Positions 1 to 7,779 of a DNA stretch of 32,826 bases are shown piece after piece. The stretch spans positions 1 to 32,826 of the forward strand of contig JBFXGO010000027.1 in NCBI GenBank assembly GCA_050239825.1, given 5' to 3'. The translations under genes and the position numbers were made by a program. The notes under the pieces are model-generated. The model did not search any database, had not been told where the DNA came from, and saw only the letters and a program-made list of their open reading frames with translations. This stretch comes from a bacterium. Lineage in GTDB: Bacteria; Hydrothermota; 32-111. How positions within the stretch are numbered: position 1 is the stretch's first letter; the number at the start of each line of letters is the position of its first letter.

Positions 1-2
1 GA

Positions 3-176
3 ACATTTATCAAGCTGAACTCAGTAAATATTTCAATTGAAGATTTAGAATTGAGATTGAATGAAATGGAAAAAAAGTATGATAAACAATTTAAAATAGT
101 GTTTCAAGCATTTAGGAAAATACTTGAGACAGATAAAGAGGCAGAGAAAAAGCAAATAGGATTTAAGAGAACTTGA
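3..176 (+). CDS. 3' end of ORF6N-domain-type protein (partial, runs off the window start)
   Basis: Frame 3 reads TFIKLNSVNISIEDLELRLNEMEKKYDKQFKIVFQAFRKILETDKEAEKKQIGFKRT*. The EKKYD-QF-IVF...K-IGF tail is typical of ORF6N-domain proteins. Not in the ORF track because it has no start. Confidence 0.7.
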   Translation, partial: TFIKLNSVNISIEDLELRLNEMEKKYDKQFKIVFQAFRKILETDKEAEKKQIGFKRT

Positions 177-186
177 AGGAGTAATT

Positions 187-674
187 ATGAAAAATATATT
201 CAATCTTAACAAGCCCACAAGCACACCAGCTAACAAGCGTACTAAATTTACTGTCATTCTGAAGTCCGCAGTAGTTACCTCTATCCTGAAGAATCTATCA
301 ATAAAAAAAGTCAAAAAGTCAAGCACCGACGTTCTCCATTCCTCGTCATTGCGAGCGAAGCGCGGCAATCTCTATGCTTCTGTCCATTCTCTGCATTTAG
401 CACAAGGCTCACGGCGCAAAGCACACGGCGTCTTCTTTCCCCAACTATCAACTATCAACCATAAACTATTAACTCTTTCTTTAGCACATGGCACAAAGCG
501 CACGGCACAGGGCGTCCTTCTGTTCTCCTTGCTGTTCGGCTTTGTAATGTTGAATGCGCAGATGGTAGGAGAGCTTGGCAGATGGGAATACGGACCGACA
601 GAGGCGATAGCAGTAAAGGGAAACACAGCATATATAAGCAGTGGAAGCTACTTATGGGTAATGGATATAAGCAA
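187..674 (+). repeat. Direct repeat copy 1 (~490 bp) of 4296-4780
   Basis: Colinear alignment by eye with one 3-bp indel. Substitutions are concentrated in the leader; 559-674 has only 3 synonymous changes. Confidence 0.95.
205..513 (+). repeat. Composite C-rich repeat tract inside the coding leader: 8-mer block, two GTCATT hairpins, three 7-mer blocks
   Basis: 8-mers AACAAGCC CACAAGCA CACCAGCT AACAAGCG (~208-239). TGTCATTCTGAAG...GAAGAATCT (252-296). CGTCATTGCGAGCGAAGCGCGGCAATCT (344-371). 7-mers GCACAAG GCTCACG GCGCAAA GCACACG (400-427), CTATCAA CTATCAA CCATAAA CTATTAA (445-472) and GCACATG GCACAAA GCGCACG GCACAGG (484-511). Confidence 0.85.
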
Positions 675-775
675 TATACTGAGTCCACTTAACAAGAGCT
701 GAGAGAAGTAGTATACTGTTCATTAAGAGAAGCGAGTTTTTCTTAATGAAGCAGGTAAAAAGACAGGAGGCAAGA

Positions 776-1048
776 ATGTTACACAGAGAGTGGACGGAGG
801 AACAGAAGTTCAAGATAGTATTGGAGGGATTAAGGGGCGAGACGGCGGTGATAAAGCTATGCGAGAAGTACGAGATAAGCCAGACGCAGTATTATAAATG
901 GCGGGATATGTTTATGGAACACGGGAAGGAGATGTTCACAAGGGCGAAGAGACAGAGCAAAGAGGAACGGATGGAACGGGAGATAGTGAAGTTAAAGAAA
1001 ATAATAGGTGATTTAACGGTTGAATTAAAAAAAAACGAATACGAGTAA
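776..1048 (+). CDS. IS3-family transposase OrfA (HTH plus coiled coil)
   Basis: WTEEQKFKIVLEGLRGE...LCEKYEISQTQYYKWR helix-turn-helix. RBS GGAGG precedes ATG 776 (the ORF track starts at 746). Confidence 0.9.
   Translation: MLHREWTEEQKFKIVLEGLRGETAVIKLCEKYEISQTQYYKWRDMFMEHGKEMFTRAKRQSKEERMEREIVKLKKIIGDLTVELKKNEYE
1027..1036 (+). other. Programmed -1 frameshift site (A9C) fusing OrfA and OrfB
   Basis: AAAAAAAAAC near the end of orfA. The -1 frame stays open (KKRIRVKRARSQRVKERD...) into orfB, as is standard for the IS3 family. Confidence 0.75.
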
Positions 1049-1068
1049 AACGAGCGAGGTCACAACGA

Positions 1069-1836
1069 GTGAAAGAACGAGATGCATATTATTTAGTTGA
1101 GATAAAATTATTGAAGGAGGAATACCCGAGCTGGGGGTATAGAAGGGTGTGGGCGTACCTTAATTATCGAGAGGGGATCAAACTAGGCCGGAACGCAGTC
1201 AGACGGATAATGAGGGAGAACGGGCTTACGGTAAAGAAGAATGATCGTTTAAGGGCGCTAAGGACACAGAGAGCGAAGCCGAGAGCTGAGCGAGCTAATG
1301 AATATTGGGGAATAGACATGACGAAAGTGAAGATAGTAGGCTTTGGTTGGCTATATGTGCATATCGTAATAGACTGGTGGACGAAGCAGATAAAGGGATA
1401 CGAGGTGTCAGTTACATCAAAGAGAGCGGACTGGGAGAAGGCAATGGAAAAGGCTGTGAACAGGGAGTATCCTGAGGGGATAAGGAATAGCGAACAGAAG
1501 CCGCGACTGGTATCTGACAACGGCTGTCAGCCGACATCATTGAAGTTTATGGAACATATGGCTGTATTGGGGATAGAACAGATATTTACATCTTGGAATA
1601 ACCCTAAGGGAAATGCCGAGACGGAGCGGTTTATGAGGACTATGAAGGAACATCTATTCTGGACGAGAGAGTATGACAATGTGTTTGAGTTTGAAGAAGC
1701 GTTTGATAAGTTTATCAGGTTTTATAATGAAGAGTATCCGCACAGTAAGTTAAAGTATCAGAGTCCGAATTACTTCTATAGAACTTACTGTGAAAAACAG
1801 GATGCTCGTTTTTATCAGCCGGCTCTAACTAATTAA
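1069..1836 (+). CDS. IS3-family transposase OrfB (rve/DDE integrase core)
   Basis: WGYRRV, WGIDMT, SDNGCQP, GNAETERFMRTMK and YNEEYPHSKL motifs. Confidence 0.95.
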   Translation: MKERDAYYLVEIKLLKEEYPSWGYRRVWAYLNYREGIKLGRNAVRRIMRENGLTVKKNDRLRALRTQRAKPRAERANEYWGIDMTKVKIVGFGWLYVHIVIDWWTKQIKGYEVSVTSKRADWEKAMEKAVNREYPEGIRNSEQKPRLVSDNGCQPTSLKFMEHMAVLGIEQIFTSWNNPKGNAETERFMRTMKEHLFWTREYDNVFEFEEAFDKFIRFYNEEYPHSKLKYQSPNYFYRTYCEKQDARFYQPALTN

Positions 1837-1840
1837 GGAC

Positions 1841-1870
1841 TTGACAAAGTGGATGCAGTACAGATATAAG
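1841..1870 (+). promoter_or_regulatory. Possible hybrid sigma70 promoter: -35 in the IS right IR, -10 in the flank
   Basis: TTGACA (1841-1846), 18-nt spacer, TATAAG (1865-1870), facing the 1926 gene. Confidence 0.4.
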
Positions 1871-1924
1871 AATGTGAAGATAGATAAAGGAATTAACAAT
1901 AATTTGTTTAAAGTCGAGGGCTGA
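1865..1924 (+). pseudogene. C-terminal remnant of a deleted gene, resembling the tail of LolA-like outer-membrane lipoprotein-sorting proteins
   Basis: Reads YKNVKIDKGINNNLFKVEG* and ends 1 nt before the next ATG. The Y-NVKI--GI---LF pattern is recalled from LolA-like C-termini. Confidence 0.45.
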
Positions 1925-1925
1925 T

Positions 1926-2939
1926 ATGAGGTCTCAATATCTCTATATAAATTATCGCTATGTAATTGTAGTTGTTATCATTTTATACTTTTCAATATCT
2001 TTGACTGCATCAGAGGGTGGTTATGTGATGACGGGAATGGGCAGAGGGACAGAGGGACTGGTAAACGGAGGCTTGGCAAGAGTATATTGGATGGGAATAA
2101 GCGAGATGAAGAGCAATGTGGGATTATTGAATGAGATGTGCGGAACGGAGGCGGGGATAGGAATAAACATGAACAAGTTTGTAGGCGGAAACAGCTATAT
2201 AGCGTATGGAAAGGGTATTAAAAGAGACGAAGGGAGATATGGTATAGGAATAATGGTAAATAGACTGGATGTTTTGGGAAGGGCATTTACAGTAATGGAT
2301 GATACTACGAACGGAATGGGGTACAGCGGATTTGTGGAGAGGGGCGACAATAAGTTTTCAATAACGGAGTTGAATATAGGGATATCCGGGGATTATGGTA
2401 AACTGGATTATGGAGTGTTGTTGAAAGGCGATTATGGGAAAGGGGAGAGCACTGACTATTGGAGCTATGGCGGAGATTTGGGGATAAGGTATCTTATAAG
2501 CGAGAATATTGGAGAAGACATAGACAGTATGGGCATATCATTGACAGGAAAGGATATTCTTGGCCACAAGATAGAGTGGGGAGATGGGATAAAAGAGAAG
2601 AGCAATACCATATTGGATGTTGGAATCGGCTGTAAGGTTAATATAGAGAAAGAACTGCTAAAGGGGTTTAGTACAGGATTGCGGATAGAACTTGGCGGAA
2701 AGGGAGAGATAGGAGCGGGAAACGATATAAGAGCGAAGGCAGGGTTAACATTGGAGATGAAGAATGAGATGGGACTTGGACTGAAATTACTTACAGGATA
2801 TGACGGACACAACTTGAGAGGTGGTATCAGAATTGATGCTGGATCGGTAACTATTGGATACATGACTGGATATATGCTTGGGTCATTGGAGAGTTTAATG
2901 AACACAAATACAAGTGTAGAATTGACAAAGAAGTTTTAG
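1926..2939 (+). CDS. Outer-membrane beta-barrel protein, PorV/PorQ-like
   Basis: Signal peptide, Gly-rich amphipathic strands and C-terminal Phe. Paralogous to 7776-8777 (GKDILGHKIEWGDGIKEK vs AKDIGGTRLYWNTGTEEK). Confidence 0.6.
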   Translation: MRSQYLYINYRYVIVVVIILYFSISLTASEGGYVMTGMGRGTEGLVNGGLARVYWMGISEMKSNVGLLNEMCGTEAGIGINMNKFVGGNSYIAYGKGIKRDEGRYGIGIMVNRLDVLGRAFTVMDDTTNGMGYSGFVERGDNKFSITELNIGISGDYGKLDYGVLLKGDYGKGESTDYWSYGGDLGIRYLISENIGEDIDSMGISLTGKDILGHKIEWGDGIKEKSNTILDVGIGCKVNIEKELLKGFSTGLRIELGGKGEIGAGNDIRAKAGLTLEMKNEMGLGLKLLTGYDGHNLRGGIRIDAGSVTIGYMTGYMLGSLESLMNTNTSVELTKKF

Positions 2940-2948
2940 GAGGAGCGA

Positions 2949-3866
2949 ATGAAGAAGAATATTTTATTAACCATAATTTTGGTATTATTGATTCTGACAA
3001 ACAGTTGTACGATAATAGGTCCCTTTTATTTTGAGAGGTATTTGGGTCATAACAGTATCTGCTGGGAGGATAATGATCATATATTGATTTATGCGAGTAT
3101 AGGGGAATACTACTACACATCAGAACCCATAGGTGGTATGCATAAGAATTATGATTGGGGCGGCGGAGAGATATGGAGGATAACCGCAAGCACCGGAGCA
3201 AAGGAGTTGTTGTTTAGGAGTAAGGATGGCTATTCTATTGATAATGCAAGAATTTACATAGCAAATGAACATGTGTATATAAGCGGAGCTAGTACAGCTA
3301 AGATTAGGGAAGACTTTAGCGGGTGGGACAAAGTAGGAGATTTTATATATCCAATAGTATCCCCGGATGAGAGATATATTATTGGAGTAGAGACAAGCGA
3401 TTTAAAGACAATTAAGCAATACGATGAATCGGATAGTACAGAAAATGTGTTATATGTCAACGATGAATTAGTAACTTGGCTTGACTACGACTATGCTCAT
3501 AACTATTTATTAATAAACAGTAATAAGTTTGTGGACTTGAATACAGGGGAGGAGACATTGGTAGTGGAATATGGAGATAGAATTGAGCAATATATAGTGA
3601 CAGGTGATGCGATTAATGGAGAAATAATGGACAATTATATAGCAATGGATATGGCTTTAAGAGATACAATAACAGATGTTAGATATGTAGGCAAACTAAA
3701 GGTGAACATAGAGGATAATACAATAAAAGAATTAAATGAAAAGGCATATGGTTTTATAAGTCCCGACGGAATAAAGTATGCATCTGGCTATCCACATTCA
3801 GTATTAATAACAGATACGCTTGGTGAATGGATAAATAATATAGAATTTGAAGGAGATGAATTATAA
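2949..3866 (+). CDS. Putative lipoprotein, probable beta-propeller
   Basis: RBS GGAGGAG; lipobox-like LTNS-C after a hydrophobic stretch; SPDE/SPDG turns (PIVSPDERYI, FISPDGIKYA); acidic. Confidence 0.65.
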   Translation: MKKNILLTIILVLLILTNSCTIIGPFYFERYLGHNSICWEDNDHILIYASIGEYYYTSEPIGGMHKNYDWGGGEIWRITASTGAKELLFRSKDGYSIDNARIYIANEHVYISGASTAKIREDFSGWDKVGDFIYPIVSPDERYIIGVETSDLKTIKQYDESDSTENVLYVNDELVTWLDYDYAHNYLLINSNKFVDLNTGEETLVVEYGDRIEQYIVTGDAINGEIMDNYIAMDMALRDTITDVRYVGKLKVNIEDNTIKELNEKAYGFISPDGIKYASGYPHSVLITDTLGEWINNIEFEGDEL

Positions 3867-3880
3867 AATCTGGAGGAGAG

Positions 3881-4177
3881 ATGAAAAAGATAATAGCATC
3901 AATTTTTATCATTTTTGGAATAACTGCACTAACTGCTGAACCATACCGACCATACCCTGTGGTCATGATTCACGGTTATAACACAGACAACTATAATGCT
4001 TCAAACTTTGGAATAACTATATTGAGTGACTCAATAAAGGCAAATATCGCAAATCCCACCACACCCTCACCAGTACCAGCAAAAATCAATAATATTGAGG
4101 ATGATTATTATATATCCCGCAATGAAGGGAAGAGGAAGACGCATCTTGCGCCGGGAGTAATGCAATATCAAACATAA
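3881..4177 (+). pseudogene. N-terminal fragment of a secreted alpha/beta-hydrolase-like protein
   Basis: RBS GGAGGAG, signal peptide, then YPVVMIHGYN (lipase-type oxyanion strand). Stops at 98 aa with no GxSxG motif. Confidence 0.55.
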
Positions 4178-4189
4178 AACAAAATGATT

Positions 4190-4225
4190 GTAGGGGAGGG
4201 TTCCAAACCCTCCTTTTATGTTTTT
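4190..4225 (+). terminator. GTAG-type REP-like hairpin followed by a T-tract (probable intrinsic terminator)
   Basis: GTAGG-GGAGGGTT-CCA-AACCCTCC-TTTTATGTTTTT; 8-bp stem 4195-4202/4206-4213. Confidence 0.65.
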
Positions 4226-4239
4226 ATCAATTATCATTC

Positions 4240-4268
4240 TTGACAACATAAGAAATTGAATATAAAAT
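4240..4268 (+). promoter_or_regulatory. sigma70-type promoter for the LVIVD gene
   Basis: TTGACA (4240-4245), 17-nt spacer, TAAAAT (4263-4268); RBS GGAGG 4283-4287, ATG 4296. Confidence 0.75.
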
Positions 4269-4295
4269 CAGATAAACAATTTGGAGGTAAAGGGA

Positions 4296-4780
4296 ATGAA
4301 AAATATATTCAATCTTAACCAGCTCACAAGCACACCAGCCCACAAGCGTACTAAATTTACTGTCATTCTGAAGCACACAGCAATTATCTCTATCCTGAAG
4401 AATCTATCAATAAAAAAAGTCAAAAAGTCAAGCACCGACGTTCTCCATTCCTCGTCATTGCGAGCGAAGCGCGACAATCTCTTTACTTCTATTCGTTCTT
4501 TGCATTTAGCGCACGGCGCACGGCGCAAGGCTCACGGCTTCTCCGTTCCCCAACTATCAACTATCAACTCTAAACTATTAACTCTCTTCGCTCACGGCTC
4601 ACGGCGCACGGCACAGGGCGTCCTTCTGTTCTCCTTGCTGTTTGGATTTGTTCTGTTGAATGCCCAGATGGTGGGGGAGCTTGGCAGATGGGAATACGGA
4701 CCGACAGAGGCGATAGCAGTAAAGGGAAACACGGCATATATAAGCAGTGGAAGCTACTTATGGGTAATGGATATAAGCAA
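4296..4780 (+). repeat. Direct repeat copy 2, containing the same composite C-rich repeat tract (~4316-4620)
   Basis: Same order of 8-mer, GTCATTCTGAAG, CGTCATTGCGAG, GCTCACG, CTATCAA and GCTCACG blocks as 205-513. Confidence 0.95.
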
Positions 4781-6971
4781 TGAAAGCAACCCGAGATTAA
4801 TAAGTGAGATGAAACTTGAGAACTATATACATTACATAAGAAGGATAGGAAATTACCTGTATGTGAGCAAGAATGATACATTGCTGAACATATATGATAT
4901 ACATACAGATACAATACCGGCATTGGTGAATCAAATAGAAGGAACAAATTCAGAATATCCTTGGTATGATGTTTATGTAGATGGAGATACCGTGTATATA
5001 AGTGGTTATGACAACAAACAATATTTTATAAATGATACTGTTAATCTGCAATATATCAGAAGAATTGGTTTCGATTATCAAGTAGCTGTTGAAGAAACAG
5101 TTTTAGTAGCAACAGATGACAATATAGTTGTATATGATTTAAAGCAGACAGGCAATATAAATTCAGCAACAGATTTGTATTTGACATCAGAGAAGACGCG
5201 CGGATTAGATTTAAGAATCCCATTTATCTACTTCGGCTACGGGAGCCAGGGGATAGGAATAATGGATATAAGCAATTTGTATGATATAAAACTAAAGAAG
5301 ACAGTAGTGACAGACGGCAATACATACGATGTGGAAGTAATAGAGGATACAATACTGATAGCGGCAAAGGGATTAAATGGAATAGGGATATACGATGTGG
5401 AGGATGATACAGTAATAACAGAGATAGGAGTCTGCGAGACAAACGGCTATACATACGAATTGGAGATAATAGGAGATAGATTGTATGCAGGAGCGAGAAG
5501 CGGAGGACTGATAATAGTGGATATATCGGATAAGAGCAACCCTGTGGTGGTTGGCGAGTATAGAGGGTATGGAGAATGCAGGAGGATGGCAATAGAGGGA
5601 GACAGGATGTATGTAGCGAGTGGAGACGGCGGAGTAATGATAATGGATATAACGGACAGGGAGAATCCTGAAGTAATAAGCCAGTGCTGGACAAGGGATA
5701 TAGGGGAAGATGTGGTAAAAGGCGGAGATTATCTTTATGTAGCGGATGGAGACAGCGGGTTAACAGTGGTAGATATAAGTGATGAATATAATCCGAATGT
5801 AGTGGCGGGCATCCCGACAGGATGTTATGGCAGCTTTGCAGGTATATATGATAATGTGTGCATGATAGGAGGCAAATGGAGAGATACATCAGCTGATACA
5901 ATAATAGATGGAATAGGACTTATAGATATAACAATACCAACGAGCCCCATAAAGGCCAGTGAACTAATGGATGGCCATTGGCTGCAGTATTTTAAAGAAG
6001 TAGACTCTTTGGTGCATTGCGTAGGGATAGCAGGGCCATATACCAGATATGAGATATGGAATGTGAAAAATCCGTATGCACCGTTATTAGTGGACAGTTT
6101 AATGAAGAATTCAGGAAGTTATACGGGAATAGCGGCTACAGAGTCCATAGCGGTTATGAATTACTTGGACTCCTTGAGGTTTTATGATGTGTCAACCCCA
6201 AACAATATAACATATGTAAAAAAGATAGAGAATCCGTCATTCAGTTATGCATTGGGGATATTTAATAATTACTTAATAAGCACATCACCGTCATATAGAC
6301 TGATGATATATGATTTACATTCATTTCCGACAGTGGATACAATATCAATAGATACTATGCGCTACAATGGATTTGATATTAATACACAAGATGAATATTT
6401 ATTTTTAACCCACAACCAATACGGTTTAAGCATATACGGGTTTGATATGGTGCCGCCGAGCAGAATAACACTGATAGAGCCGCAGGACGGAGACACAGCA
6501 TATAATAACAGTATGGAAGTAACATGGCATAAATCAACGGACACAGGAGTGGGAATAGACAGATATGAGGTGTATGTGAACGGAATAGAAGAAGGAGAGA
6601 CAACAGATACGAGCATAACAGTAAATACAACATCAACAGGGACAAGGAATGTGTGGGTAAAGGTGTATGACAGAGTAGACAACAGCATTTACTCAGATAC
6701 GAATGCAGTGTATTTGCTTACAGGGATAGAAGGAAAGGGAGATAAGAGGAAAGAGACAGGAGAACTAACAATAAAGGCGACACTGAATAGGATAAGCGTA
6801 TATAATGGAACAACAGAGAAACAAGAGATAGAGGTGTTGGATGTAATGGGCAGAGTAGTAGAGAAGCGGGAGCTAAAGCAGAAAGAGAAGTACGAACTGA
6901 GCCCAAAGAGCGGGATATACTTTATCAGAAGCGGGAAGAATAAGACGAGCAAGATAGCAGTAATCAAATAA
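4296..6971 (+). CDS. Secreted LVIVD-repeat beta-propeller protein with FN3-like domain and T9SS type-A-like C-terminal sorting domain; ~123-aa extended signal peptide
   Basis: Repeats LIIVDISDKSNPVVVG, VMIMDITDRENPEVIS, LTVVDISDEYNPNVVA; VTWHKSTD...YEVYVNG; tail EVLDVMGRVV...SGIYFIR...KIAVIK. ATG 4296 is preferred over TTG 4281 (RBS position and paralog start). Confidence 0.85.
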   Translation: MKNIFNLNQLTSTPAHKRTKFTVILKHTAIISILKNLSIKKVKKSSTDVLHSSSLRAKRDNLFTSIRSLHLAHGARRKAHGFSVPQLSTINSKLLTLFAHGSRRTAQGVLLFSLLFGFVLLNAQMVGELGRWEYGPTEAIAVKGNTAYISSGSYLWVMDISNESNPRLISEMKLENYIHYIRRIGNYLYVSKNDTLLNIYDIHTDTIPALVNQIEGTNSEYPWYDVYVDGDTVYISGYDNKQYFINDTVNLQYIRRIGFDYQVAVEETVLVATDDNIVVYDLKQTGNINSATDLYLTSEKTRGLDLRIPFIYFGYGSQGIGIMDISNLYDIKLKKTVVTDGNTYDVEVIEDTILIAAKGLNGIGIYDVEDDTVITEIGVCETNGYTYELEIIGDRLYAGARSGGLIIVDISDKSNPVVVGEYRGYGECRRMAIEGDRMYVASGDGGVMIMDITDRENPEVISQCWTRDIGEDVVKGGDYLYVADGDSGLTVVDISDEYNPNVVAGIPTGCYGSFAGIYDNVCMIGGKWRDTSADTIIDGIGLIDITIPTSPIKASELMDGHWLQYFKEVDSLVHCVGIAGPYTRYEIWNVKNPYAPLLVDSLMKNSGSYTGIAATESIAVMNYLDSLRFYDVSTPNNITYVKKIENPSFSYALGIFNNYLISTSPSYRLMIYDLHSFPTVDTISIDTMRYNGFDINTQDEYLFLTHNQYGLSIYGFDMVPPSRITLIEPQDGDTAYNNSMEVTWHKSTDTGVGIDRYEVYVNGIEEGETTDTSITVNTTSTGTRNVWVKVYDRVDNSIYSDTNAVYLLTGIEGKGDKRKETGELTIKATLNRISVYNGTTEKQEIEVLDVMGRVVEKRELKQKEKYELSPKSGIYFIRSGKNKTSKIAVIK

Positions 6972-6983
6972 AGAAGAAAAAAT

Positions 6984-7275
6984 AGTACGCTGGTAAGCTG
7001 GTGGGCTAGTACACTGGTAAAACAAAGAGGCCATGAGCCGTGAGCCGTGGGCTGTGAGCAACAAAAAGAGGCCATGAGCCATGAGCCGTGAGCCTTGCGC
7101 CTTGTGCAGAAGACAGGAAAAGATAAAGGCGAAGACGCCACCGCGCGAAGACGCACCGTGAGCCGCGAGCCGTGGGCAACAAAAAGAGGCCATGAGCCGT
7201 GAGCCTTGCGCTGTGGGCTTCGGAGCAGGAGAAGACAAATACAAGATGAGACCGTGAGCCGTGTGCCTGGAGCTT
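6984..7275 (+). repeat. Intergenic G-rich repeat tract (8-mer GCTGGTAA/GG block plus about six GCCGTGA 7-mer blocks)
   Basis: GCTGGTAA GCTGGTGG GCTAGTAC ACTGGTAA, then units ACAAA(AA)GAG-GCCATGA-GCCGTGA... at ~7021, 7059 and 7177. These are reverse complements of the leader repeats. Confidence 0.9.
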
Positions 7276-7419
7276 GAAGAAAAAATACAAGAAGCCAAAA
7301 CTTTGAGCGATATGCAATGAGCAAGACAAAAAGACGGCGGGCAAAAGAGAAAATTATAAATAAAAATAAAGGATACGAAAAGAGAACAGAAAGAAAAGAA
7401 ATAAAAACTAAGGAAAAGA

Positions 7420-7779
7420 ATGAGAGATGTAAAAAAGTATGAAGTGTTCATCAGAAGTCACGAACTAGTAAAAAGAATATATGTCATAACGAAGAATTAT
7501 CCAAAGGATGAGATATATGGTTTAACAAGCCAAATGCGGAGAGCTGTAGTGTCTATAACAGCAAATATGATGGAAGGATCAGTGAAGGGACATAAGGAAT
7601 TTGTACATTATTTGTTCATATCTTTAGGTTCACTAAAAGAAACTGAATATTATATATATTTAAGCAAGGATTTAAAACTAATCAATGAAAGTGAATATAG
7701 TGATTTGAGTGATGAAATAACTGTTATCAGGTCAATGCTTATAAAACTGATAAAAACTGTCGAGGAGGATACAAAATGA
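7420..7779 (+). CDS. Four helix bundle protein (23S rRNA IVP / TIGR02436-type)
   Basis: IY-ITKNYPKDEIYGLTSQMRRAVVSITANMMEG...EFVHYL-ISLGSLKETEY family signature; 119 aa. Confidence 0.92.
   Translation: MRDVKKYEVFIRSHELVKRIYVITKNYPKDEIYGLTSQMRRAVVSITANMMEGSVKGHKEFVHYLFISLGSLKETEYYIYLSKDLKLINESEYSDLSDEITVIRSMLIKLIKTVEEDTK

Larger units (their letters stand above)
187..702 (+). pseudogene. Truncated paralog of the LVIVD-repeat protein at 4296-6971, cut by the IS at 675
   Basis: 187-674 aligns with 4296-4780 and has RBS GAAGGAG at 175-181. Homology ends exactly at the IS left end; the last codons are IS-derived. Confidence 0.85.
675..1862 (+). mobile_element. IS3-family insertion sequence (~1.19 kb)
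   Basis: Imperfect terminal IRs: TATACTGAGTCCACTTAACAAG (675-696) versus the reverse complement of 1840-1862, TGTACTGCATCCACTTTGTCAAG. orfA/orfB are in a -1 arrangement. No adjacent target-site duplication. Confidence 0.9.

Noticed and set aside
664..1870. GATATAAG (664-671 and 1863-1870) as the IS target-site duplication
   Set aside because: The left copy is 3 nt away from the IR, the motif is common in this tract, and the flanks belong to different genes.
6984..7275. CRISPR array
   Set aside because: Units are degenerate 7/8-mer tandem blocks with irregular, partly repeated purine spacers. There is no constant 23-47 bp repeat with unique spacers and no cas genes.
6689..7451. Minus-strand ORFs 6689-7324, 6873-7451, 7006-7344 (also 45-368, 4268-4528, 5224-5901, 7851-8402, 8923-9283 and similar)
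   Set aside because: Shadow ORFs. The pyrimidine-rich minus strand is poor in stop codons, and the peptides are low-complexity or repeat translations (AHGSRL) opposite real genes or repeat tracts.
187..7779. Diversity-generating retroelement (duplicated segment as TR/VR, four-helix bundle as Avd)
   Set aside because: No reverse transcriptase in the window. Mismatches between the copies involve all bases rather than only adenines, and they fall in the N-terminal leader.
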